Part shown: positions 1-12,460 of the stretch, piece after piece | Layout of the letters: every line of letters begins with the position of its first letter | How positions within the stretch are numbered: the stretch's first letter is position 1 | Assembly: GCA_036785375.1 (NCBI GenBank) | Contig: JAWMAR010000391.1 | Coordinates: 1,550,001-1,614,000, forward strand | Direction of reading: 5' to 3' | Source: Leucoraja ocellata | Taxonomy: Eukaryota | Length of the DNA: 64,000 bases | Made by a program: the position numbers and the translations under genes | The notes under the pieces: model-generated | Databases searched by the model: none | Told to the model about the DNA's origin: nothing | What the model saw: the letters and a program-made list of their open reading frames with translations, nothing else

Positions 1-64
1 GACCCTCTAACTGTTCACATTTAACTTGAGAATTTACCTGCACAGCAACTGTAACTTACCCTAT

Positions 65-350
65 CACAGTTAAAACAAGAGGGGCATAGATTTAAGGCGA
101 GGGGAAGGAGGTGTAAAGGGGGTCTGAAGGATGTTTTTTTTTTACACAGAGGAGGAGATGGTGGAGTCAGATATTACTATACTAAATTACTATATTTAAA
201 GACATTTAAACAGACACTTGAATAGGCAAGGCTTAGAAGGTTATAGGCACGGTGCAAGCAAATGGGTTTAATGTAGTTGAACAAAAAGGTTGGCATGGAT
301 GTGATGTGCTGATGGGTCAATTTCTCTGCTGTAAACGTAATGAATCTCTG
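65..350 (+). mobile_element. CR1/HER1-like LINE 3' fragment, degraded
   Basis: aaaacaagaggggcatagatttaagg (xTRGHxxKxxG motif), followed by a typical CR1 3' tail. Confidence 0.7.
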
Positions 351-1434
351 TGATGCAGCCTGAACTCTGCTTAATTCCAGCATTTAGTTTCATTTCAGAT
401 TTCCACCATCTGTAGTTTACATTTTAACTCTATTTACAGGCCTTTCTTCCCCCCATAAACTCCAACCTTCTCCAAACCCTGCTGCAACTATCCTGCATCT
501 TGCTTGATCAATGTTTATCATTGGTCTGTCCCAAAATATCTGAGTCCAAGTCTATATGCCCGCGATGCCACTGCAATGTTCATTGTTCCTGTATCACACT
601 GTACTTATGCATATAAAAATAAACTCAACTTGACTTTCTTTGGTAAGTGGGCCACATAACATAGGAATCCATAAATTACTTATACAATGCGATGGAGGCT
701 TCTTTTTTATTAATTTGATGTAACTAAATATAACGTTAATTTATTGTGCTTTTTCAGCAATCTACCTGTATAATGGATTTTAATTCTGCAAATGAATGGG
801 AGATGATTTTTACCCGAGGTGCTTATCTATTTTTTTGTGATGCAGTCAGAACAACCCTCCCATTTACATATTGCAGTGACTTGAGCTGAAAAAACATGGT
901 TATATTATATTAATCTATTCAGAAATCTTGTAGTTGTCACAATTAGCTTTTCACTTGTCTTATCATCTATGAGATTACGTGTAAACTTAAATATGTAAAT
1001 TCTTACATAAAAGGAACAGGCTATAAGGTTATTCTACGCCAAGGTAAGAAGCTGGGTTAGAGAATCTTTTCTATTTAACTATTAATTTAATTATAATGTT
1101 ATAAAGCCCATTATGTTGGTTAACACATGGGAACAGGTTCCTTTTATTTTCCACGCATGTCGATTTTACATCTCATCTGTGAAGATTTACTGTGAATCAT
1201 GCAATGCTGGAGGAAGAATCCTTTGACAGATCTTGATACAAAATATCTGAAATTACTTAAGAAACCTTTTGACCACAGAGTTACTAGAACTGTGTTGGGG
1301 CTTTGTCTTCACCCATGGTGCCTGACGGTCATCCAGATAGATTTTCTTGATCAAATAATTGAGATATTTTTAATTGTTTGATGCAGTCAGAAAGTCTGCC
1401 TCATAGGAGAGAGCTGGGTGGTAAAAAGGTGATG

Positions 1435-2008
1435 TGACACAAGCCACAAAAAAAAATGCAAAGTGCTGGAGTGACTCAGTAGGTCAGGCAACATCTCTGG
1501 AGAACATGGATAGGTGACGTTGCCGGGTCATGACACGTTTAGTTTAGTTTAGTTTAGTGATGCAACGGGGAAACAAACCTTTAGGCCCACCAAGTCCACT
1601 CCGACCAGCGATCCCCTCACACACACACACACACACACTATACTACACACACTAGAGACAATTTACATTTGCACCAACACAATTAACCTACAAACCTATA
1701 CGTCTTTGGAGTGTAGGAGGAAACCGGAGATCCCGGCAAAAATCCATGGAGGTCACGGGGCGAATGTACAAACTCTGTACAGACAAGCACCCATAGTCAG
1801 GAGCGAACCTGGGTCTCTGGTGCTGTAAGGCAGCAACTCTACCACTGCGCCCCCATGTCTTCTTTGAGTCTGAAGAAGGGCCCCCGACTCAAAACATCAT
1901 CTACCCATGTTCTCCAGAGATGTTGCTGGACCTGCTAAGTTACTCCTGCACTTTGTGTCTTTTAAACCAGCATCTGCAGTTCCCTGTTTCTACATGATAC
2001 AAGCCACA
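1435..2008. mobile_element. Palindromic Penelope-terminus-derived element with 14-bp TSD, interrupted by a SINE
   Basis: Arms 1457-1535 and 1867-1958 are reverse complements; TSD tgacacaagccaca (1435-1448) / tgatacaagccaca (1995-2008). Confidence 0.75.
1537..1857 (-). mobile_element. tRNA-derived V-SINE (HE1-like), near full length, with internal (CA)n
   Basis: (TTTAG)n tail, gtctttggagtgtaggaggaaaccgg core, tRNA-like head (reverse complement of gagcgaacctgggtctctggtgctg). Confidence 0.85.
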
Positions 2009-4004
2009 GGTGGGCCTGAATGGGGCAGCTGCAGATATTATTGAGTTTTTAAGCAGGTTCTGAATTTGACCATACGTTGTGAATCAAATTTGTAATCTTG
2101 TTCTCAATCGCACTCATCTAAAAATCCATTTGAAAGTGACGGCCCTCACCACGGCTATTCTGCATCGTACCTTCCACCCACTCCTTATTATTACAGAACA
2201 TCAAAATGCCATGTCAATCTCACCAGCCGCCATTAATCACGGTGCACATGACAGGAATTATGTTGGACTTGTATGTCAGGGTCAATCATCTTCTGCAACA
2301 TGACAGGTATATTCAGTGTTTAACGATCACTTTCATAGAAAATCTGTGTGTCTGGCTATATTCACGCCATTGTCTCACTATTACTCAGATACAGTATGAC
2401 AAGACGGGAAACATCTCCACTTTAGAAGATATTCCATACATACAGGGGTTTGATAAAGTAACAGAGAATTCAACACTATAAACCTGAATAGTTCACTGAC
2501 TATTAACATCTTGCAGTGTCAAATAAATTGTTCCACTGTGTCAGGAAATGGAGAAAAATATAATAAGATAAGAAATAGATCAAACACTATTTGTAACTTT
2601 CTTCCAAGCTTTCATCAATCATAATATCATGATACTCACTGGGGATTAACAGTTTGCTGCTGGAATAATGAATAGATTCTCTGGAACATTGTTTTTATGT
2701 TTTACTGTTTCTTTTACCCAGTAAATATCCAGAAAAAAAAATTAATATTGTTAATCTTTCATATTCCACCTTGCCATAGTTGTTTAATTGCACATAAATA
2801 TTTTTTAAAAAGGAGCAGATATCAGCTTTACTGCTTTTCCCAACAACTTCAACACTCTATATAGGTAATTTTGTTTAGTGATTTATTCTTCACATTTGCT
2901 CTGCTTTGATGAGGAACTGGCTAAACTGGATAAGGCATCTCCATTCCCCAATGAGCAGATTCGTTTTCTTTATCTGTTTCCAACCAAAAGTTCAATTAAG
3001 TTTAGGATCACACTTCAATAGTTGAACCGATTATTATTGCCCCAATGCAACTGGAAAATGAGAATGTAATTGCATCCATTAATCAGTAGTCATATTTAAG
3101 TAATTTATGAAATAGAACTGTTTTAAATATCCTCTTTTCTTTAATGAAATGTATTCCCATGAAAGAAGGTAAAGATGTTAAATGAATGTTGTTTTTCCAA
3201 GTGACTAACTAACTCAAATGGCAGGAAACGTGTTGGACTTGTATGTTCGGGCTAGAGAACAACATGATGGGTGTATTCAAGGTCAACTCAACATACCCCA
3301 TACCCTTCAATCCCTTTCTCTCTGCATTGAATGTGAATGGAAAGAAATCCATCCTTAATCACCAGACCTATCTGTGTGTCTAAGTATTAACTTCTGGCTG
3401 TAATCATCTCCACAATCAGTGGCGGTAAACAAAGAGGACATTTTGACTCTACAAAGACAGACAGGTTGGCTGAAAGGTATTCCAAATGAAATTTTCTGAA
3501 AGCGGTTAAGTTTATTGTAAGGTACACTCTATGGGCCTTTGCTGAAGGAGAGATTTAAACCATTTTGTTAAAATGAGGCATCTGCAGAAGTGAGTTACCC
3601 CAGTGAAATTTTCACTTAATATCTATTGAATCTTGCCACAACAGCTGACCTTCATGCTTCTGTGAATAAAGGTACCACAAATCCTCCAATGCCTGAAGCA
3701 AATTTCTTGATTTATTTTATTAACTGTTTTACAAACTATCATAAAAACTAAAGAAACATCCCAAAATGAAAATCAAAGACTAAAATATTCAAACCAACAT
3801 GAAGTACTGATTCACATTTCAACGAGTAAATCCATTGGAATATTATCCCAGATGGTTCTGTTAGTATGCTAACAGAATGTGAGAATTCCTTCACTTTTTG
3901 CCGGAAAGGAATAATCAACAATCCCCAATATTGGTTTTAAATTGGCAGTGCGGGCAAGGAATAGGAAGTCTTTCCAAGGCAGCAATGTTGACATACCAGG
4001 CAGA

Positions 4005-4185
4005 AGGGGAAAGGCGATAAACACAAAATGCAGGAGTAACTCAGCAGGACAGGCAGCCTATCTGGATAGAAGGAACGGTTCTATCCAGAAATGCTGCCTG
4101 GACCGCTGAGTTACTCCAGCATTTTGTATCTATCTTTGGTGTAAACCAGCACCTGCAGTTGCTTCCTACACAGGAGAAAGGCGAT
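4005..4185. mobile_element. Short palindromic Penelope-terminus-derived element with 14-bp TSD
   Basis: acacaaaatgcaggagtaactcagc...ctggataga pairs with tctatccag...gctgagttactccagcattttgt; TSD aggggaaaggcgat (4005-4018) / aggagaaaggcgat (4172-4185). Confidence 0.78.
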
Positions 4186-5191
4186 TATAGGCTTTGAATT
4201 TAGAAAATAACAGGGTTATTTTGATAAGTGCTACCTTGGAAAGTCATTGGTTGAAATTGGAGAAGGGTTTTACACACTGTGTTCTCTGTACATTTACCAT
4301 ATAGTGCAAATTATTCAGTAATATATTAAATCTATCTGTTTACCAAAGCTGTCACTGGATTGCATGAGGGGCAGCTGTGTGTGCTGGAGATTAACTCTCT
4401 CTGTTTTAGTGTTTCTGACTAATAACTATTTTTACATCAAAAACAATCATTACAGTAAGCAACTGGAAGCCTAGGGCAGCCAATTTCAGACTGTTGCTGC
4501 TTCTCATCTTTTCATTTATCAACAGCATTGGGAGAATAATTGTAGTATAAAATGATCCAGCCTATGTGTTGATCTAAAAGGAACAATATTAATGCAAAAG
4601 AAGAAACAGATAATGTATTTTTATAATTTTATCAGGTGATTCACATTTGAATGATGTGGGATATTTTATCAGCTTTATATATGAAGGGGTAGTGAATGCA
4701 GAGCTAATGACTTTAGCATCTAACAATGACATAGCTTTAGATGTACAATGGCATAACAACAAAATGTAACATTATTGCATAAAAATGCAACTTGGCTTTT
4801 TGGAGAAAAGGTACCAGGTGTGTGCAGCAACCTATCACAGGCACCAGCCATCCATAACTGACCAAATCTGGCTTTGGGAATAAAGTGAAAGATTTGCAAA
4901 GAAAGAAAAATAGTTAAGGCAGAAAACAGGCAGTAGATTAATTATTGTCCGTTGTGAATCACCTGTGGACATTAGTGTGATATTTCCATCTCTTCATTGT
5001 GCCCTCCTTGTTTATGGAATAGGGAGATTCTGCACTCTCTCTGCAGGGCAACCTCCATCTTTGTACACAGATTCATTCAGGGTGGACAAACAGATACTTC
5101 TTCCTTTAGAAGATCCCATTTGTGATCAACATTGAACAATAACACATTAATTGATGAATGGATCTGTGCTCACACAGAATCCAGGCAATAC

Positions 5192-5272
5192 CTTTATGGT
5201 GGCCAACACGATTTCCATTATTGCACATTGGCGAGGACTGAGACTTTTCACCTCTTCCCGAATCACATGTTC
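5192..5272 (-). CDS. UNC13C: UNC13C-like coding exon 11 in window (81 nt); the next exon (QYFHAGG...) was not found and is presumably left of position 1
   Basis: attAG|GAA CAT...ATA AAG|GTATTG; [27 protein letters not shown] (VLATIK is UNC13C-type). Confidence 0.94.
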
Positions 5273-5489
5273 CTAATTGAGGTTTATCAAACGAAACATG
5301 TTTAATTAGTGAATATATTGCAAAATGATATGATCAAAACATTACTCCGCTTACCAGAGAAATAAGTAACTAGCCATAACATTAACATTACTCGTTATAG
5401 TTTAAGAAACTAGTATATATAGTAACCTAGATTAATATATATATCTCAAGGAGCTTGACAGTATTCACCAAGAGCAAAGTAGGGCTAGA

Positions 5490-6010
5490 GGTTCAATGTC
5501 GTACTCACAGAGTTCTACAGCACACCCAATTTGATCATGCCGACCAAGTGATGACTTCCTGAGCCAGCTCCATTTTATCATGTTTGGCCCATATCTCTCT
5601 AAATTGCACCTATTTAACTACACTGGACATTGTCCCAGGAATATTCTATTTAATCACTGCCATAATGTTCTCCCTTGTCAATATTGCAACCTTTCCTCTC
5701 CTATCTTACCTTCACCTCTATCACACCTGCAGCATCTGCACCCAGGAGCATTGAGCTGCCAGTCCTGCCAATACCTCAATCATATTATCGTGCTAGCTAA
5801 AATATCACAATCCCAGGTACCAATCCTTGCCCTGAGCTCCTCTGCATTATCTGTCAGGCTTTGTACATTAAAATAAATGCAATTTGGGAATTGCTCCCTG
5901 GTCTGCTTACTGTTTCCTTCTTGCTTCAACTTCTATATTTGTGTCAATATTCTCATCTACTACACCACTACTTTGGGTATCAATCCCCTGCCAGACTAGT
6001 TTAAACACAT
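5490..6010 (-). mobile_element. Degraded CR1 pieces (3' tail plus ORF1/ORF2 junction region)
   Basis: catgccgaccaag...ttggcccatatctctct tail; cccctgccagactagtttaaac junction motif. Confidence 0.5.
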
Positions 6011-6773
6011 TTTACTAGTAACAGCACGTTCAGTGAAAGCAAATGCATGCATAATCTTGAATTTACCAACATGCAGCATCCAGTTAATGCAATTTAAATG
6101 TTTACAATATAACAATGGTGCTAGAAATACTCAACTACTGAATTTCACTCGATACATTTTGACTTACTTTAAAACATACTAAATGTCTCTACGGACTAAA
6201 ACAGAGTAATTCTGCCTGAGTTAAATGAATCATATTATTGACAATTAAACAGTTTTTCATATATTTTTGCTCCAGCTGTGTTTCAGAATGTACATATTAT
6301 TACTTCCAGTTTTCTTTTACATTACCATTCAAAAATTGCAAATTGCTTTTGATAAAAGCCTTTAATCTAACCTTTGAGTGCTTCCCCATCAATTAAAAAT
6401 ATAGAACGTTCTGATGACCTAAATGTTCTGCCTGAATTTCCAGGAAATGCATCTTTGAAATACTAACCAGTTTCTATTTTCAATGACATGCTTATTTGCT
6501 ATGATTCAGTATGAAGCATATTTTGACAGGGATATGTAAATTATAATTGGCAGAGTCCCACACACATCATTTTGTGCCGTACTGAAAAACCATGCCCAAT
6601 GTAAAGAATCACTGGAATCGTTTTCTTCTGGAATATATTTCGTTTAGCTTCACGCAAGGAATTTCAATCATTATGATGTATGTCTGGTATATGGATTTTA
6701 AGGGGAAACCACTTGGGAGGGCAAGATTAAATAGAAGTGACTTTTACTACAGCCAATACATTCATACTGTTAC

Positions 6774-6830
6774 CTTTAGCTTTGATAACTGGCCCAAGTC
6801 TTTTGCTGCACTGAAGATCATTTGAGCTCC
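6774..6830 (-). CDS. UNC13C: UNC13C-like coding exon 10 in window (57 nt)
   Basis: ttctAG|GGA GCT...CTA AAG|GTAACA; GAQMIFSAAKDLGQLSKLK. Confidence 0.93.
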
Positions 6831-8834
6831 CTAGAAAGAACAAGATTAAAATATGGCAGTGAGTGGAAAACAAAAGCCATCAAAGAAGAGCCTTTGAATA
6901 TCAGTGTTTATTTGGGGAAACAATGTTTAAAGACTGCTTTGTGACCTTTTCAAGTTAAAAACAAACTAAAATTCAGAGTACCAAGCAAAAATAATTGACA
7001 CCGTATTAACTGATGACACATGTAGCATTACCAGGCCAAGTCCCAGATAAAATTCTGCCACAGCATCCACAGCATATCGACGAAAAACTATGCAACCCAA
7101 AATCAGTAATTGTCAAAGATTAATGGTAAAACTGTAAACCATCCTACATCAACAATGAATTTTCCCCCCTGCATCTAGCTTGTCAGAGGATCGAACCAAC
7201 TGAAATGGTAGCACTGAGAGCACACTTGACAAAGATTGAAATTATCTCTGCTTTCATCAAAACTTATCAAAGAGATGAATTCACAGTATATATTGCAATA
7301 TAACTACACATCTTCCACTGTGACTTTTGGAAAAGATGCCTGACGGCTTTATTTTGCTCAGTTTAACTTGGTTCAAAGGCTATGCTGCTGCTTTCAAGTA
7401 GGCTTGTTTCTAATTAAAACTTAGAAGCAAAAATATATCTGTTTACTTATTCTACAAAAGCTTCAAGTGAAGTGGAAACTTCAGCAAATCAAAGAATATG
7501 CTACAGATTACCAGTATAAAAGGTGAAAACAAAGGCATCTGCTAAAAAAAGCCTAAATCTGGGAAAATGGCAAAAACTCAATGCAGCTGGTTTAATTTGA
7601 ACAGGAGAACAGTTCAATACAGCTGCACAGAGAAGAAGATGAAAGAGTTGCGGTCTTTAAATGGAGCATTTCTGACATGGGCAACAATGGGAAAGTTTAG
7701 TATTTGAAAAATAAATAGCGTACTGTATTTTTGCCTTCTATATGTCAGCTAGGAGGAACATTATATGGACCCAAGAGATCAGAGTAAAATATGGCATGAT
7801 TGAAGAGAAATGGCAAGTTGGAAAAAATTCCCAAAGGATTAATTGGTCATAACACTGAGCATTTTTCATGACTTCAAAATATAGCACCAGAAATAAAAAC
7901 TGAAAGGTAAGATAAATTACTGTGAATTTGCAATGGGACCTCGAGAGAGTATATAATTTCAGATCAATTCCATTAACGATGATAATTGAGAGCTGTCTTT
8001 GCCATTAATGGATAGGTTTGAGGTCAATGTCCTTTTTATACCTGCCCAGTTTGAAGTCTGAAATAGTCGAAGAATATTTTGATGGGTCTAAATCCATCAG
8101 ATGAAGTAAACTGGCTGATTAGGTGACTAAGTGGAACAAAGAGCTGGGATTCATATGAGAGTTTCAATGTTTCCCAAGATAAGGCACAGAAGTCCCTCCC
8201 AAACACTTTAAGTTGGAAGAGATGGAAATTGAATGGATTTCAGGAATAAAATAACCAATTTTATTCCTGATTAGCATCTTGAAAAGTATACCCCAATGTC
8301 TATGACCACCTTGCAACTAAATATTTGAAAATTGATAGTACTTCAATGCATTTGAGAAATTGAGGGAAGTATTTTACTTATCTGCAGGCCTTCTAAGTTA
8401 GTACTACGGATTTATGAGCATGTTGTCCTGGGAGCTCCAAATAACAGGGAACCTTTACAGAATCTGGCGTTTGTAGAGCAGGTTAATATTACAATAGTGA
8501 AGGTCTGGCACTGTTATTGGAATTTGTTTCAGTATCAAACTGCATAAAGTTGAACAGTTACAGAATGGGTGCTGCAGTGGCAATGATCTGGTAGTTTAAG
8601 ATAACAAGTAACTGTGGCACTTTTCAGTTAATTAGAGTGCAGTGAATATAATTTCCTTTATTCAGACAGCTAGTCCAGTCACTGCATGTCAATGCAAGAA
8701 GTATTTTGCGTAAAACGGATGAACCTAGGGCCCGAATTAATGCATGGACCTCCGATTGTGGCCATTATGGAGACTTTGTCCCAAGAGGTGGTCGTAACAG
8801 CTGTTCACTACCAGCAATCCTTCCTGTTCCCACT

Positions 8835-9600
8835 CGGTCCTGAAGCAGGGTCTCAACCCAAGAAAATACACGTGCTAGAGCAATTCAGTGGGTCAAGCAG
8901 CATCTCTGGAGAGCATCAATACGTGACTCTCTGGGTCAGGACCGTTCTCCAGACTGATTGTGTTGGGGGGATGGGGGAGAAGGGGATAGGGGACGAAAGC
9001 TGGAAGAGAGGAGAAGCAGGACAAAGCCTGCCGGGTAATAGATGGATACAGGTGATGGGGGTCTTTGATAGGCAGATGGTTGGACAGAGGCCAGAGATGG
9101 AAAGACAGAAGGTTTGATACAAAAGGATTGAAGGGTTGTGGATTGTGAAGCTAGAGGAAGCAATGTAGGTGGAAGGGGAGAAGAGAAATAGGTGCAAGAC
9201 CAGGTGGGAAACAGGGGAGAGAGGGGAGAGATAAAAAAGGAGAGAAATGCTAGTTACCTAAAATTGGAGAGATCAATGTTCATACATGGGAAGGGGAATT
9301 ACAATGATTAATAACTGAGGGATCCAGGAGGCATTGGCGGATCGAGCCAATGTCCAGCAAAACGGCCGCTGAGTCTATGCTTGTCTCACCCAGGTACAGT
9401 AGACCAAATCTGGAACACCCGATGCAGGAGATGAGGTTAGGGGAGGTGCACATGAACCTCTTTCTCACCTGGATGTACTGCTATGGACAACCCACAATGC
9501 TGGCGTGCAACGTTAGCCTTCACAGTTGCTGCTTGACTTGCTGAGTCTTTCCAGCATTCAGTTTTTTGTTCTAGATTTCAACATCTGCTGACTCTTGTGT
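8835..9600 (-). mobile_element. Old Penelope-like element 3' part (GIY-YIG remnant plus terminal repeat)
   Basis: ORF 9280..9468 RFMCTSPNLISCIGCSRFGLLYLGET is a degraded copy of the GIY-YIG domain at 61900-62590; purine-rich spacer; terminal motif at 8870-8960. Confidence 0.7.
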
Positions 9601-12051
9601 TTCCAGTTAACACTGACCTAGGTGCTCAAGTCTGTGTTCCCCTCCCCATGCTGCATCAGTAGAAGAATGGCAAAGGTTGCTCCAATTAAGGCAAGATGCA
9701 AGGAGGAGGACATGCAGTAGGAAGTCACATCTCCCCAGTTTGTTCAGGAAGCAATACTCTGACCCGAAGCACAATGAGGAAGAAGTGACAGAGATGTCTG
9801 CACTGAAATCTGCCATAGACTCCCTTGATCTCCTTTGAGAGCTGCAGGCATTCTTACAGTGATGCAGTTCTCCTTTAAGAGATTCTTGCCTCTCATACTT
9901 GCATACAACAGCACTGTCAACACTGTCTGCAGATGTTGCCGTGCTGTCTATGCTGAGAGCACAGAATTATCTTAGTCATGTATTCTGATCCCTGTGGTTG
10001 TCCTTGTATTTAGCAAGTGTGCTGTTTGAGGGAAGATTCCACAGTCATAGATGAAGCAAGATCAAAAGCAGTATTCAGTGCAGACCTTGGGACTGATGCT
10101 GAATGTTGAATTACAGCGGCTTGCATTCCCGAGATGAACATTAATTTGGTCAGGGAATTAGAATCTTTTGTGGCAGACTTGCATGTCTAACAGAGGCAGG
10201 GTTGTCAAGAGCTCAATTACAGGACCCCAACACCATTGAGAACAAGCTACTGCATTAGGGAATCATTGTCTATCATACAATGCCAGCTTTCAATCCAGGA
10301 CCATGAAGTAAATATTTAAATCTTTCCAGGTAGATATTGATAACATTGTTAAAATAATATTTATTGTGTTTATAAATTGTGCATTGAACAGAAAAGCAAG
10401 AGAGTGTATCTTGAGCCATACTGGTTCGATTTGAAATAAGTCGAGCAGAGTTGAGGTACTAGCACAGATATCAAAGAGAGAAAATTCAGCATTGTGGAAA
10501 GACAAAAGCTCTGGGAGATGTCATTGAGTGCAAGGAAAAAAAGTGATATAAGGAGGGGCTCAAAATGATCAGTGACTTTGACGGACTGGAGAAACTGGTT
10601 TCACTGGCACGAGTTCAGAAACCAGGGGAGAAACAATCTCAAATATTTGACAGAAGCAAAAAAAATAGTGGGGAAATTTCTCTTCTGCAGCTTCGACTTG
10701 GAGCAGAAGGAAAAAAAGCGACGTGAAGAATATTCTGTACTAACTAACAAGTAGTAATATACAAAAGGGAGTGGGATATAACTAATTTGGCAGAGAATTA
10801 ATTGGGCATCTAGATTTAAAAAACAGGAGAGACAGTTACATCTGGGATTTATCTTGGAGATGAGTTTTGTTTTGTGCAGTGTGAAGGATCTCAAGAGGTT
10901 GGGGTGAAAGCTATGCAAAGGTTTTCCCCAAAGTCCTGAGGATTAAAGTAGAGGGCATTTGGTTGAAATTTTTTGGAGAAAAATCACGGAGAGGGAGCTT
11001 TTTAGAAGCGTCTCGAGTTGTATGGTGCAAGGAGTGGGGAAAAGGTGGTGTGACATGGGTCAAGAGAATGAGGTGAGGTTGGAGAGGCAGGAAATAATGT
11101 TTCATTGTGGATTTACTGACTGTGTTTTGGGTCTGAGGCTCCAGCTTGCTTGTCTTGGCCAGCACAGTGCTTTGAAGACATCTACCTCATGGACTCAGCC
11201 CAGCTTTTGTGTTTACAGCTGCCAAGTCTCCAGTGGTCTCGGATGCCTGTAGTTTAAAATGTGTGTTAAATGAAAGCAGAGAGCATCCTTAAGTAGGTTG
11301 GCCACTTGCCTCTTCTGGGGAGTGGAGTGGTTCTGTTCCTGGTGCCAATAATTTTGTCTTGTAATTGAGTCTTAGAATCCAACCCACCCTTTCTCAGAGT
11401 TGAGATTCGGCACTTAAAAGAGTTAGAAAAATATGAGAATTTGATGGGTCTAAATAGTGTAATGTATGTAACACTTAATCTCACAACATTTAAAAAAGAC
11501 TCCTTGAATTACCAAGGCTGAGAGGCTATAGACCAGGTGCTCATAAATGGGATGAGTATCAATGGGTACTTGATGGTCACCATGGACCTGCTTCTGCTGT
11601 GTTGAAGGGGGACTGCTGTGCTCCACGACTATGCCATTCTCTCTGAGAACATTGTGTTTCCATATTGTCACCCTATTGATCAGCAGTGTATAGTGATATA
11701 CCTAGTTTGAACCAACGCATTCAATCTACAGAAATTGTTAAAACGTCAACAGATAAATAGTTCTATAGCTTGAAACCTCCATCCCTGGTATTGTTCCTGG
11801 GTGTTTAATATATCTGGGGTACGTTATATTCAGGAAAGATAGGGAGGGAAAATCATTTTAGTGTAGCATTTAGATTGAGGAAATTAGTTCAATGTTTGAT
11901 AAAGTGAATAATCTCATGGGTGCAAGGCAAATTCTATTTGCTTAATGTCTGCAATGTCATAGGAGCTGTCCGGTTACAATGCATTTTTGAAAGAGAATGA
12001 GATAGTAGCAAATTGTTGAGTAATTGTGTAAAAGATGGTTAACCTCCACAT

Positions 12052-12460
12052 ACACCTGGATCTCCTGCCATCAGGCAAGTGATATCGAAGCATCAAAGCC
12101 CGGACTACAAGACTGCTAAACAGCTTCCTACCACAGGCTGTGAGGCTGCTAAACAGTCACTCTGTACTCACAGTCACTTGATTCTGCGGCTGGCATGGAC
12201 ACTTTAATAACTGGCACTGGCCACTCAAATCAGCTGCCCAGGACATTTTTATGATTGGTTTATTGTATTTTAACGTTGTGTTTTACCTGCTTTAACTATT
12301 TATTTATACTGTTCCATCAGGGACTGAATTGTTTTTAGTGTTATTATGTGTGAAACGTTTTACATTTCATGTGCGATGCTCCGTTATTCCCTGAGAAACG
12401 TCTTTTCATTTTGCACTGTACAACTGTTGCTTGCAAGATGACAATAAAGGTTGATTGATT
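12052..12460 (+). mobile_element. Rex1/Babar LINE 3' end
   Basis: Encodes LLPSGK*YRSIKARTTRLLNSFLPQAVRLLN; the 3'UTR ends in aataaag(gttgattgatt). Confidence 0.75.
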
